Shown here: positions 56,033-64,000 of the stretch, one piece after another
Layout of the letters: every line of letters starts with the position of its first letter
How positions within the stretch are numbered: the stretch's first letter is position 1
NCBI GenBank assembly: GCA_951812955.1
Contig: OX638340.1
Coordinates: 1,536,001-1,600,000, forward strand
Length of the DNA: 64,000 bases
Direction of reading: 5' to 3'
DNA from: an uncultured Gemmatimonadota bacterium
GTDB lineage: Bacteria; JAAXHH01
The notes under the pieces: model-generated
The model's database searches: none
Told to the model about the DNA's origin: nothing
The model's input: the letters and a program-made list of their open reading frames with translations, nothing else
Translations under genes and position numbers: made by a program

Positions 56033-57025
56033 TTGTCTCAGCCAACCATGAAACGCGTCATCAAACCCGAAGGCCTCCACCGGATCGAGATCGAAGAGGT
56101 GCCAATACCCGAGCCGGGTGCCGGAGAAATCCGTGTGAAGGCTGCCTGCAGCCTGATCAGCCGGGGTTCGGAACTGGGTGGCCGTTATACGCGGGAACAC
56201 GCGGTTAGCCCGGACATCATGGGCTATTCCATGGCGGGGACGGTGGACGCCCTGGGGGAAGGCATCGAACACCTGGAAATCGGGGACCGCGTCGTCGCGC
56301 TGGCGCCCCACGCCCAGTACGTCGTCCGGCCTGCCCGGCTCGTTTTTCCGTGGGACCAGACTGTCGTCATGCCCATGCCGGCGGACCTTTCCTTCGACAG
56401 CGCGCCTTACTACCCGCTCACGGCCGGTGCGGTTACCTGGGTGGAAGTGGAGGATATTCAGCCCCAGGACACGGTTGTCGTGCTCGGCCAGGGTCTCGTT
56501 GGCAACCTGATCCTTCAGGTCATCAAGGCGAATGGAGCCGGCAGGGTGGTGGCCGTGGACGCACTGGCCAATCGGTGTGCCTTGGCAGCGGAGTTTGGTG
56601 CCGATACGGTAGTCAACGCCCGCGAGGAAGATCCCGTCAAGGCCGTGAAGCGCCTTACCAACGGATTAGGGGCCGACATCGTGATCTACGCCGTGGGCGG
56701 TCCGGCTGGACCTACAGCGTTTGAGCAGGGACTCGACATGCTCGCCATTGGCGGGCTGATCCACCTGATCGGACTGTACGAGGACCAGCCTCTTTCTCTG
56801 CCTTCAGGTAAGATTCAGGGACGCAAACTGCTGGGAGGTTACTTCCGGACTCAAGCGGGTGCCCGCCAGTCCCGACGCGCCATGGAACTCCTCGCCTCGG
56901 GCGCGATCCGGACCGATCGAATGACCACGCACCGCTTTACCTGGCGCCAGGCAGCCGACGCTTTTGCGCTACTTTACGAGAAACCGAGCGACGCGTTAGG
57001 CGTCCTGCTCGATTGGCAGGATTGA
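56033..57025 (+). CDS. Zinc-binding alcohol dehydrogenase-like (MDR superfamily) oxidoreductase
   Basis: GroES-like N-domain and a Rossmann VVLGQGLVGNL motif. Confidence 0.75.
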   Translation: MSQPTMKRVIKPEGLHRIEIEEVPIPEPGAGEIRVKAACSLISRGSELGGRYTREHAVSPDIMGYSMAGTVDALGEGIEHLEIGDRVVALAPHAQYVVRPARLVFPWDQTVVMPMPADLSFDSAPYYPLTAGAVTWVEVEDIQPQDTVVVLGQGLVGNLILQVIKANGAGRVVAVDALANRCALAAEFGADTVVNAREEDPVKAVKRLTNGLGADIVIYAVGGPAGPTAFEQGLDMLAIGGLIHLIGLYEDQPLSLPSGKIQGRKLLGGYFRTQAGARQSRRAMELLASGAIRTDRMTTHRFTWRQAADAFALLYEKPSDALGVLLDWQD

Positions 57026-57028
57026 GCG

Positions 57029-57922
57029 CTAAACCAATCCCAGCCTCGTCAACAGGTCGTTCAGGTCCGCCAGGGTCCCGTCGTCCAGCGGAACGAAGGG
57101 CTGGCGAGCCCGGGCGGTCTTGATGGCGCCCCGTCTCTGGTAGACGTTCTTGCGGATGGAAAGCCCGATACCGGGCTGGCCCTCGAAGCGGATCAACGGG
57201 CAATACCTGTAAAAGGTCTCGGTAGCGCCGTCGATGTCGCCGGACATGTACTTCGTGTGGATGTCCTTCAGGATGTCCGGGTAGGCGAAGCCGGTCATGG
57301 TGCCCATGCATCCATGGCGCAGTTCCTCGAGGAGCATGACGCCGCCCAGGCCGCCGAAGATCTCCATGTTCGGATTGGCCGCGAGCACCTGGCTGGCCTT
57401 CCTCGGAGATGGTTCCTCCTCCAGCTTGAGAAACCGGCACTGCGGGGAGCGGTCGGCGATGGCCGCGATGAAGTCGATGCTCATCAGGACCCCGCTGCTG
57501 GTGGGGTGATCCTGTACCACGATCGGCAACGACACGGCGTCGGCCACCTTGAGGTAGTGGGCGAGCAATGCCTCGTCCGTGCCCTTGGCCAGCTTGGACG
57601 GCGCCACCATGAGCGAGGAGGCGCCCAGTTCTTCCGCCCGTCTGCTGAGCGCAACGCAACCGTCCGTTCCCGTGTGGCTGGTTCCCACGCAGATGGGGAT
57701 GCGGCCATTCGCCGCCTCGACCACGCCGGCGATCACCTGGTCCCGTTCGGATTCCACCAGCTTGCTGGTCTCACCCATGACGCCAAGTATGGTTATACCG
57801 TCGATACCCAGATCGATCAGGAAATGGGTCAGCGTCGACAGGCTGCCCGTGTCCAGGCTGCCGTCCTCTTCGAACGGGGTTGGGGCGATGGTATACACGC
57901 CCTTAGGGTCTTGGTCTGCCAT
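57029..57922 (-). CDS. Dihydrodipicolinate synthase / N-acetylneuraminate lyase (DapA) family class I aldolase
   Basis: GVYTIAPTPF...GIDGITILGVMGE and a Schiff-base Lys region (GLGGVMLLE). Start placed at ATG 57922 (MADQDPK). Confidence 0.75.
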   Translation of the reverse strand: MADQDPKGVYTIAPTPFEEDGSLDTGSLSTLTHFLIDLGIDGITILGVMGETSKLVESERDQVIAGVVEAANGRIPICVGTSHTGTDGCVALSRRAEELGASSLMVAPSKLAKGTDEALLAHYLKVADAVSLPIVVQDHPTSSGVLMSIDFIAAIADRSPQCRFLKLEEEPSPRKASQVLAANPNMEIFGGLGGVMLLEELRHGCMGTMTGFAYPDILKDIHTKYMSGDIDGATETFYRYCPLIRFEGQPGIGLSIRKNVYQRRGAIKTARARQPFVPLDDGTLADLNDLLTRLGLV

Positions 57923-58000
57923 GCGAATTCCTTTCAAAATCAAAATTTGAAACTGAGGTTAGGAAGCTGGTTCCGTGATGCCGTGAGCCAGTTCTTTCGA

Positions 58001-59377
58001 TCAGCCGGGTTTCAGCCAGCGGCCGTGGCCTGGCCGACCCGTGATTTTGCCGTCCTCGTATACCGTCTCGCCGCGGACCATGGTACGCTGGACGCGGCCC
58101 TTCATGGGCATGCCATGCACGATGCGCATGACATCCCTTGCCTTGGTGAAGCAGGTGTTCCGGTCAAAGGTCCACCGCGCGTCCATGTCCACGAAGGTGA
58201 GATCGGCGTCGTTTCCGATCGAGATGCGCCCTTTCCCGGGGAGCCTGAAGATCTCGGCCTGGCGGGTTGACATCAGCCTGACGAGGTCGGTAATGGGCAG
58301 GCGGCCGTCATTGACCGCGGTCAGCATCAGGGGCGCCATGGATTCGAGTCCGGGCAGTCCGGGCGGAATGGCGAAGATGTCGTCCCCTTCCTTTTCCTCG
58401 GGCCGGAAGGGAGAATGGTCGCTGCCGACGAATTCCAGGGTTCCGTCATGCAGGTAGGACCAGAGCGCTTCGACCTCTTCGGCGGGACGCAGGGCGGGAT
58501 TGCACTTGGCGAAACCGCGGTGCACGGACAAGACCTGGTCGGTCAGGAAGAGATACTGGGGACAGGTCTCCGCGATGACGTCTAGCCCCCTGGCCTTGGC
58601 CTCCTTTACCATCTGTGCGGCACGCGGACTTGACAGGTGTACGACCTCCACCGGACCGCCGGCCTCGGCGGCCAGGCTCATCATGATCGCGACCGATGTG
58701 TCTTCCACGATGGACGGCCGGCTTTCGGCGTGGGCCAGGCCATCGTTGCGGCCCTCCGCGGACAATCGGGCGATGAGCGTCTCGATCATGGGCCAGTTCT
58801 CGCAGTGGAAGCTGTGGCGCAGGCCCGTGGCGGCCGTGGCCGCCATCACGTCCCGCAGCAGCGAGTAGTCCAGGCACCAGAGGCCGAAGAACTCGCCCTC
58901 GCGGTGGGTCGGCGGCGCGGTCAGGAAGGTCTTGAAGGCCACGGCACCCGCGTCGGCCACCTCGGCGATCAGGTCCACGTTCTGATGTCCGGCGGCGCCG
59001 TAGAGACCGAAATCGATCAACGTAGTTTCGCCGATGGCCTCGCCCCGTTTGCGTACGCCCTCGGCGGAACTGGCGGCAACCGGCGAGATGGGCATTTCCA
59101 GCAGGGTCGTTATGCCGCCCGCGGCTGCGGCACTCGTACCGGAGACGGGGTCCTCCCGCTCTTCGTGGCCGGGCGACCGGAGATGGACGTGGGGATCGAT
59201 CAGGCCGGGCAGGACGTGCAATCCCTTCGCTGAGATCTGCCGGGAGGAGTCGGGCCGGGCATCGGGCTCGAGTACACCGGCGATGCGGCCGTCCCGCACG
59301 GCGATCGTGGCGGCTGTTACGCCTTCCTGGTTGACCACCAGGCCATCGGTTACGATGAGGTCAAATGTGGTAGCCAT
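58001..59377 (-). CDS. Cyclic amidohydrolase (allantoinase / dihydroorotase / hydantoinase family)
   Basis: DPHVHLR metal-binding HxH, carbamylated-Lys context AFKTF, conserved downstream His/Asp pattern. Confidence 0.8.
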   Translation of the reverse strand: MATTFDLIVTDGLVVNQEGVTAATIAVRDGRIAGVLEPDARPDSSRQISAKGLHVLPGLIDPHVHLRSPGHEEREDPVSGTSAAAAGGITTLLEMPISPVAASSAEGVRKRGEAIGETTLIDFGLYGAAGHQNVDLIAEVADAGAVAFKTFLTAPPTHREGEFFGLWCLDYSLLRDVMAATAATGLRHSFHCENWPMIETLIARLSAEGRNDGLAHAESRPSIVEDTSVAIMMSLAAEAGGPVEVVHLSSPRAAQMVKEAKARGLDVIAETCPQYLFLTDQVLSVHRGFAKCNPALRPAEEVEALWSYLHDGTLEFVGSDHSPFRPEEKEGDDIFAIPPGLPGLESMAPLMLTAVNDGRLPITDLVRLMSTRQAEIFRLPGKGRISIGNDADLTFVDMDARWTFDRNTCFTKARDVMRIVHGMPMKGRVQRTMVRGETVYEDGKITGRPGHGRWLKPG

Positions 59378-59553
59378 GGCTTACTCCCGTTGGCGCAGGC
59401 GTCGACAACCGCCTGCATGTTTGAACCGCGATGGGACGCGAGAAACCCGAGTCGAAACATCAGCGTGGCGGCGGGACCAGGCGGGCTGCCCAAAGCACCC
59501 GATGCGCCGGACCGGTCGGGCAAGGCAGTCCAGGCGGGCCGCCAGCAACGGCC

Positions 59554-60570
59554 TCATCCGTCCATGTCCACAATCATCACCCAGGCCGGCGACGGTCCCA
59601 CGTCATACACGCCGATCGGCGAGAGCGCGCCCGTATCCTGATCAATACTGTAAGCGGCGAGTCGGCCCGATTCCTGGCCCGCGGCGTAGAGGAACCGGCC
59701 CCGCGGATCCAGGTTGAAGGCCCGCGGCATTTTTTCGGTCGGCGCCTGGCCAATGGCGGTCAGGAGTCCGGAGACCGGATCGATCGCGAACCCGGCGATG
59801 CTGTCGTGACCCCGGTTGCTCGCGTAAACGAACCGGCCCGAAGGATGGATGTGGATCTGCGAACAGGTGTTTTCACCAGTAAAATCCAATGGCAACGTCG
59901 ATACTGTCTGCAGCGCCTCCAGCGTTCCCCGGTCCGGGTCGAACCGATAGGCCGTCATGCTGCTTCCCTGTTCATTGTCGGCGTAGAGCACGTTCAGCGT
60001 GGGATGATGACAGTAATGACGCGGACCCGTATCCGGGGGCTGGGCGACCCTGGGCGGATCGTTTGGCGTCAGCCTGCCCGTGTTTTCGTCGAACCGGAAC
60101 TGGTAGATCATGTTCGACTCGGCCACATGGGGCACGAAGGCGAAACGGTTCGAAGCGTCGGTCTGAATGTAATGGGCGCATCGGGCCGTCTCCTGCCGGT
60201 CAACGGGCGGCGCCTGGACCATGCCGTCGTCCCCGATGGCGTGAACGCCCGCCACGGCCAGTCCATAGGAAGCGGACAGGAGAAAACGCCCGGTGTTGTC
60301 CAGGGCCATGTACGTCGTGTCCCAGTCGAAGGGCGTGGTGCCCTGCAGCGATATGCTACCTGTATTTCGATCCAGGCTATACGTCTGCACAGACGGCTCG
60401 CCACGTAGTCCGGCATACAGGTGTTCAAGGTCGGTATCCACGACCTGGGGCATCACGCCGGCCCCCGCGGCGACATCTTCTTTGTGGGCCAAACCGCCGC
60501 TTTCGGGATCCATTTCGTAGATGGCGATTTTGCCCTCGCCGGTGATGGACAGGTACAAGTAAAACGCCAT
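59554..60570 (-). CDS. Beta-propeller lactonase (6-phosphogluconolactonase / 3-carboxymuconate-cyclase-like family)
   Basis: Seven-bladed lactonase pattern with recurring G-R-F / hydrophobic-strand motifs. About 340 aa. Confidence 0.7.
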   Translation of the reverse strand: MAFYLYLSITGEGKIAIYEMDPESGGLAHKEDVAAGAGVMPQVVDTDLEHLYAGLRGEPSVQTYSLDRNTGSISLQGTTPFDWDTTYMALDNTGRFLLSASYGLAVAGVHAIGDDGMVQAPPVDRQETARCAHYIQTDASNRFAFVPHVAESNMIYQFRFDENTGRLTPNDPPRVAQPPDTGPRHYCHHPTLNVLYADNEQGSSMTAYRFDPDRGTLEALQTVSTLPLDFTGENTCSQIHIHPSGRFVYASNRGHDSIAGFAIDPVSGLLTAIGQAPTEKMPRAFNLDPRGRFLYAAGQESGRLAAYSIDQDTGALSPIGVYDVGPSPAWVMIVDMDG

Positions 60571-60779
60571 CGAATTCCCCTTCCCGCACGGCTGCGAGCC
60601 ATGGCACCGCAGTATCGGTATACCTCGTATTAAAAACGGCAGGTCTGATCGAAAAACAGGAAATCAATTTGCAGGCCGCCCGTCTGACCGTCAAGCCTCA
60701 TTTCCCGGTACAACCGTTGCCTTCCAGGTCATTCAAAACACCGCGGCGCGTTTAAATCCAGATCGCATAACACTACCCA

Positions 60780-61628
60780 TCAGCGCTTCCTGGCGATGAT
60801 GTCCTGCCGCGTCGTACTGGCGGTAGTCACCACGACGTTTTCCGCGGAGAAGGCCTCGGTGTCCTCAGTGGGTGGACCGTACAGGGCGTAGGATCCGGCG
60901 GGCATGAAGTAGGCCGAGTACTGTCCGCCTTCGTCAGAATAGACCGTCACCGAATCCGTCCTGCCGGGTTGAAACAAGGTTATGGGGTACCCACTCAGCG
61001 TCACGTCGTCCCGGAGGACCGCCGGCGTGGTGTTGTCGTGCTTGACGCTGCCTGAAACCTGGCCGGAGCTCGCCAGGTCGACCAGGCGGCCTGCCGGCGA
61101 GAACCTCATCCCGGTAATGTCGTGGACCCGTTGGATATCGCCCTCAAATGTGATCGAACGTATCAGGTCGAAATCGATTACGACGTCCGCCTTCCTGCCG
61201 CGCTCGACGACCACCGAGGTGTTTGCTTCGGCGATCATCTCCCTGCCCTGCGGATCCGTATACACTTCGTTGAACTGCACGCCATTCAACAGGGTCACCG
61301 TGACTTCGTGGATGTTGAGGCGTGCGGCGTCGTATCTACCCTCGACCAGGGAGAACACTTCCAGGACCCGCGTATCGCTTCCCCCCAGTTCGAACAGGTC
61401 GACGGTATGGGTCAAGGTGCCGGGGGTTCCGAACTCGCTGTTTGCCGTGGAACGAACGGACACGCCCGACATGACCACCACGACCGATCTGACGTGGTGC
61501 GGGATCGGAGTCTGAGCAGCCAGGCGCAACTGCAGGTCACTGATGACGCTTGATGTCGGGTCGCCGCAACCTGGGATAGCGGTCACCAGGAGCAGGATCA
61601 GAAGGCAATGACAGATTCGTTTTTTCAT
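60780..61628 (-). CDS. Lipoprotein, hypothetical (possibly a DUF4382-like beta-sandwich)
   Basis: Signal peptide with a lipobox LLVTAIPGC. Confidence 0.45.
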   Translation of the reverse strand: MKKRICHCLLILLLVTAIPGCGDPTSSVISDLQLRLAAQTPIPHHVRSVVVVMSGVSVRSTANSEFGTPGTLTHTVDLFELGGSDTRVLEVFSLVEGRYDAARLNIHEVTVTLLNGVQFNEVYTDPQGREMIAEANTSVVVERGRKADVVIDFDLIRSITFEGDIQRVHDITGMRFSPAGRLVDLASSGQVSGSVKHDNTTPAVLRDDVTLSGYPITLFQPGRTDSVTVYSDEGGQYSAYFMPAGSYALYGPPTEDTEAFSAENVVVTTASTTRQDIIARKR

Positions 61629-61933
61629 GATCCGGATAGTCCATGAAGTCCGGCACGCACTGATTTATCCAACCTGTTCCGCAATCGGTTCAGCCTGAAA
61701 AGTACAGTTTCTTGACGTCTGTGTAAACTTGTTCCTTTTAAGCAGTTAACGCGATTTCCCGGAGCTTCGGCCACCGTATCTCCTGTCGTAAGCAGGTTAG
61801 GCGCAGGGTAAGCGACGGAAGCCTTAAAGGGTCTATTGAATCAAATGACTGCGGGGTAATCACTTTCTATTGCCAAAGAGACCGCATTTACCTATATCTA
61901 TAGAATTGTGAACTTCACAGCCGGAGTTTTTCG

Positions 61934-62437
61934 ATGATCGACGCCAGCCGGAAATTTCTCTTCGCCATCGCCGCCACGCTGCTCGTGGTTACACTTAGCG
62001 TTTCGGGCGAACTCTCGGAGGCCGTCCCGGAGCCCCCGGTCGACGCACCAACGGGCGCATCAGCCAACAAACCCATCCAGGTAGACTGGAACCTCCTGTC
62101 CAGCCTCAACTACCGTACCGGCAAACCAAGCGCGGAGTTGGCGGCGCTCGATGGCAAATTCGTAAAGGTCCCCGGATTTACGGTAACGCTTGAAGACTGG
62201 GCGTCCTCTGCGAAGGAATTCCTCCTCGTTCCCTATGTCGGCGCCTGCATCCACACGCCCCCGCCCCCGCCCAACCAGCTCGTCTACATAGAGATGGTGA
62301 AGGGCAAATGGGCGTTTCTGGACGGGTGGAACCCGGTGTGGGTCGAGGGCGTACTCAAGATCGAGATGACCAAGAGCGTGTACGGCCCCGTCGGCTTCAC
62401 CATCACCGGCCAGCGGGTCTATCCGTACGAGTACTGA
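61934..62437 (+). CDS. DUF3299-like secreted protein, the usual upstream partner of ABC-FtsX transporters
   Basis: Signal peptide, a PPPPPN motif, located next to the ABC/FtsX genes. Confidence 0.5.
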   Translation: MIDASRKFLFAIAATLLVVTLSVSGELSEAVPEPPVDAPTGASANKPIQVDWNLLSSLNYRTGKPSAELAALDGKFVKVPGFTVTLEDWASSAKEFLLVPYVGACIHTPPPPPNQLVYIEMVKGKWAFLDGWNPVWVEGVLKIEMTKSVYGPVGFTITGQRVYPYEY

Positions 62438-62584
62438 TCCGCGATGCGGACACCGACGTGATCTGCAGAGCAGACACCTGTTTGACCAGCGATGCGGACA
62501 GTTGTGTGAATTTTGCGCGCGCACTCGCTGAGCCGGGTACCCGCCGTTTTTCGTGGATCTACGCTTCGAGGGGATAAGCTATAG

Positions 62585-63268
62585 ATGAGTTTCACAGTCG
62601 ACGTCCGACGCCTGCGCTTCCGCTACGGAGGCGGCCCCTGGGTGTTGGACATCCCCGAGTTGACCCTCGAGCGGGGGACACGCGCGTTCCTGTTCGGTCC
62701 CAGCGGCAGCGGCAAGACGACGCTACTCGGTGTGCTGGCGGGGGTCCTGGAAGCGACTGAGGGCGAGATCAGGGTGCTGGGCGAAGACCTTGCCTCACTG
62801 TCGGGAGCACGGCGGGACGCCTTCCGGGCGGAGCACATCGGCTATGTCTTCCAGATGTTCAACCTCATCCCCTACCTGTCGGTGCTCGACAATATCGCCC
62901 TTCCTGTTCGCATGCACGCGGGGCGCCGGGCCCGGCTGGACGGCAAGGGTGTGAAGGAGACCGCCGCGCTGCTTGCCGAACACCTCCAGATCGGAAACCT
63001 GCTGGATAACCAGGTGACCGAACTTTCGGTGGGACAGCAGCAAAGGGTTGCGGCCTGCCGTGCGCTCATCGGGGCCCCGGAGCTCATCGTCGCCGATGAA
63101 CCGACCTCCTCCCTGGACTTCGACCGCCGCGAGGCCTTCCTCGATCTGCTCTTCCAGGAATGCGAGCGTGCCGGCGCAACGTTGGTGTTCGTGAGCCACG
63201 ACCGCACGCTGGAGGGCAAGTTCTCCCGCACCATCTCGCTTCCCGACATCAACAAGGCGTTGCGCTGA
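62585..63268 (+). CDS. ABC transporter ATP-binding protein (LolD/MacB/FtsE-like)
   Basis: Walker A GPSGSGKTT, signature LSVGQQQRV, Walker B LIVADEPTSSLD. Confidence 0.9.
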   Translation: MSFTVDVRRLRFRYGGGPWVLDIPELTLERGTRAFLFGPSGSGKTTLLGVLAGVLEATEGEIRVLGEDLASLSGARRDAFRAEHIGYVFQMFNLIPYLSVLDNIALPVRMHAGRRARLDGKGVKETAALLAEHLQIGNLLDNQVTELSVGQQQRVAACRALIGAPELIVADEPTSSLDFDRREAFLDLLFQECERAGATLVFVSHDRTLEGKFSRTISLPDINKALR

Positions 63269-64000
63269 TGGTGATTCTGGACCTCGCGCTCAAGTCGCTC
63301 CGCAACCGCGCCTTCAGCACCTCGCTCACGGTAGGCTCCATCGCCCTCAGCGTCGCCCTCATGATCGGCGTCGAGAACGTGCGCATGGGCATGCGCGAGA
63401 GTTTCTCAAACACCATCAGCCAGACCGATCTGATCGTCGGTACCAAGGGCGGCACGATTCAGTTGCTATTGTATTCGGTCTTCGGCTTGGGATCACCCAC
63501 GGAGAATGTTTCGTGGGAGGCCTACAGGCAGTGGGCGGAGCATCCCGCGGTCGCTTGGACCATCCCATACAGTCTTGGGGACAGTCACAGAGGATTCCGG
63601 GTCATCGGCACGAACCAGGACTTCCATCGTCACTACCGCTACCGCGGAGGTCAGGAAATCGCGCTGGCGGAGGGAAGGGCGAACGTGGATCTATTCGATG
63701 TAACCCTGGGCGCGGACGTGGCAGCCGAGTTGAATTACGCGTTGGGCGACGAGATTGCGGTGACGCACGGGCTCGGTGAGGTGGGTTTCCTGAACCACGA
63801 CCACATGCCCTTCACGGTCGTGGGCGTCCTCGCCAAGACATTCACCCCCGTTGACCGAGCGATCTACGTGTCCCTCGAGGGCATGGAGGCCATCCACTGG
63901 GAGGGCGGTGCCCCTCCGGCGTCGGACGACGAACACGTCCACGATGAGACGGATGCGGCCACCGCGGACGATGGACACGTCCACGATGAGGCGGATGCGG
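63268..64000 (+). CDS. ABC transporter permease, FtsX/MacB-like, with a His/Asp-rich repeat in its periplasmic domain (partial, runs off the window)
   Basis: ATG overlaps the ATPase stop (TGATG). The frame is open to the window end. TM1 SLTVGSIALSVALMIGV. Repeated DDEHVHDETDAATADDGHVHDEADA. Confidence 0.7.
   Translation, partial: MVILDLALKSLRNRAFSTSLTVGSIALSVALMIGVENVRMGMRESFSNTISQTDLIVGTKGGTIQLLLYSVFGLGSPTENVSWEAYRQWAEHPAVAWTIPYSLGDSHRGFRVIGTNQDFHRHYRYRGGQEIALAEGRANVDLFDVTLGADVAAELNYALGDEIAVTHGLGEVGFLNHDHMPFTVVGVLAKTFTPVDRAIYVSLEGMEAIHWEGGAPPASDDEHVHDETDAATADDGHVHDEADA

Overview
This is a 64 kb chromosomal segment from a high-GC (~63-65%) bacterium; gene content suggests an FCB-group lineage such as Bacteroidota, Rhodothermaeota or Gemmatimonadota, but that is tentative. 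About 55 protein-coding genes, no rRNA, tRNA or CRISPR detected. Housekeeping genes: a partial ABC-F ATPase, a YpdA-like oxidoreductase, purE-purK, gatA-gatB, psd-pssA, htrA and glnA with a single-domain GlnE-like neighbour. Other enzymes present: panE, an MDR dehydrogenase, a DapA-family lyase, a cyclic amidohydrolase, a lactonase and a sugar-phosphate isomerase. Accessory content: two tandem Sel1-repeat secreted proteins beside an APH-fold kinase; a Cys-type sulfatase with two PhyH-family dioxygenases and an orphan ABC substrate-binding protein; an FG-GAP/VCBS secreted protein; an ECF sigma factor fused to C-terminal ankyrin repeats; an ECF sigma / zf-HC2 anti-sigma / Spy-CpxP-like / membrane-fusion-protein / two-RND efflux cluster; a NagB-LmbE fusion deaminase; a lower-GC toxin-antitoxin islet (HicB/HicA-like, tandem GNAT, hicAB, mazEF); and a DUF3299-ABC-FtsX transporter. 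The most unusual locus, at 46.6-52.9 kb, is a corrinoid-protein methyltransferase cluster. It holds a stand-alone homocysteine-S-methyltransferase-domain protein, a UroD/MtaA-family methyltransferase, a B12-binding corrinoid protein and a RACo-type ATP-dependent reductive activator, plus two small unknown proteins, and is preceded by a ~49-bp hairpin-containing tandem repeat array. Short 19-22 bp tandem repeats (5 copies each) sit in two other promoter regions. Many long antisense ORFs in the track are high-GC artefacts.
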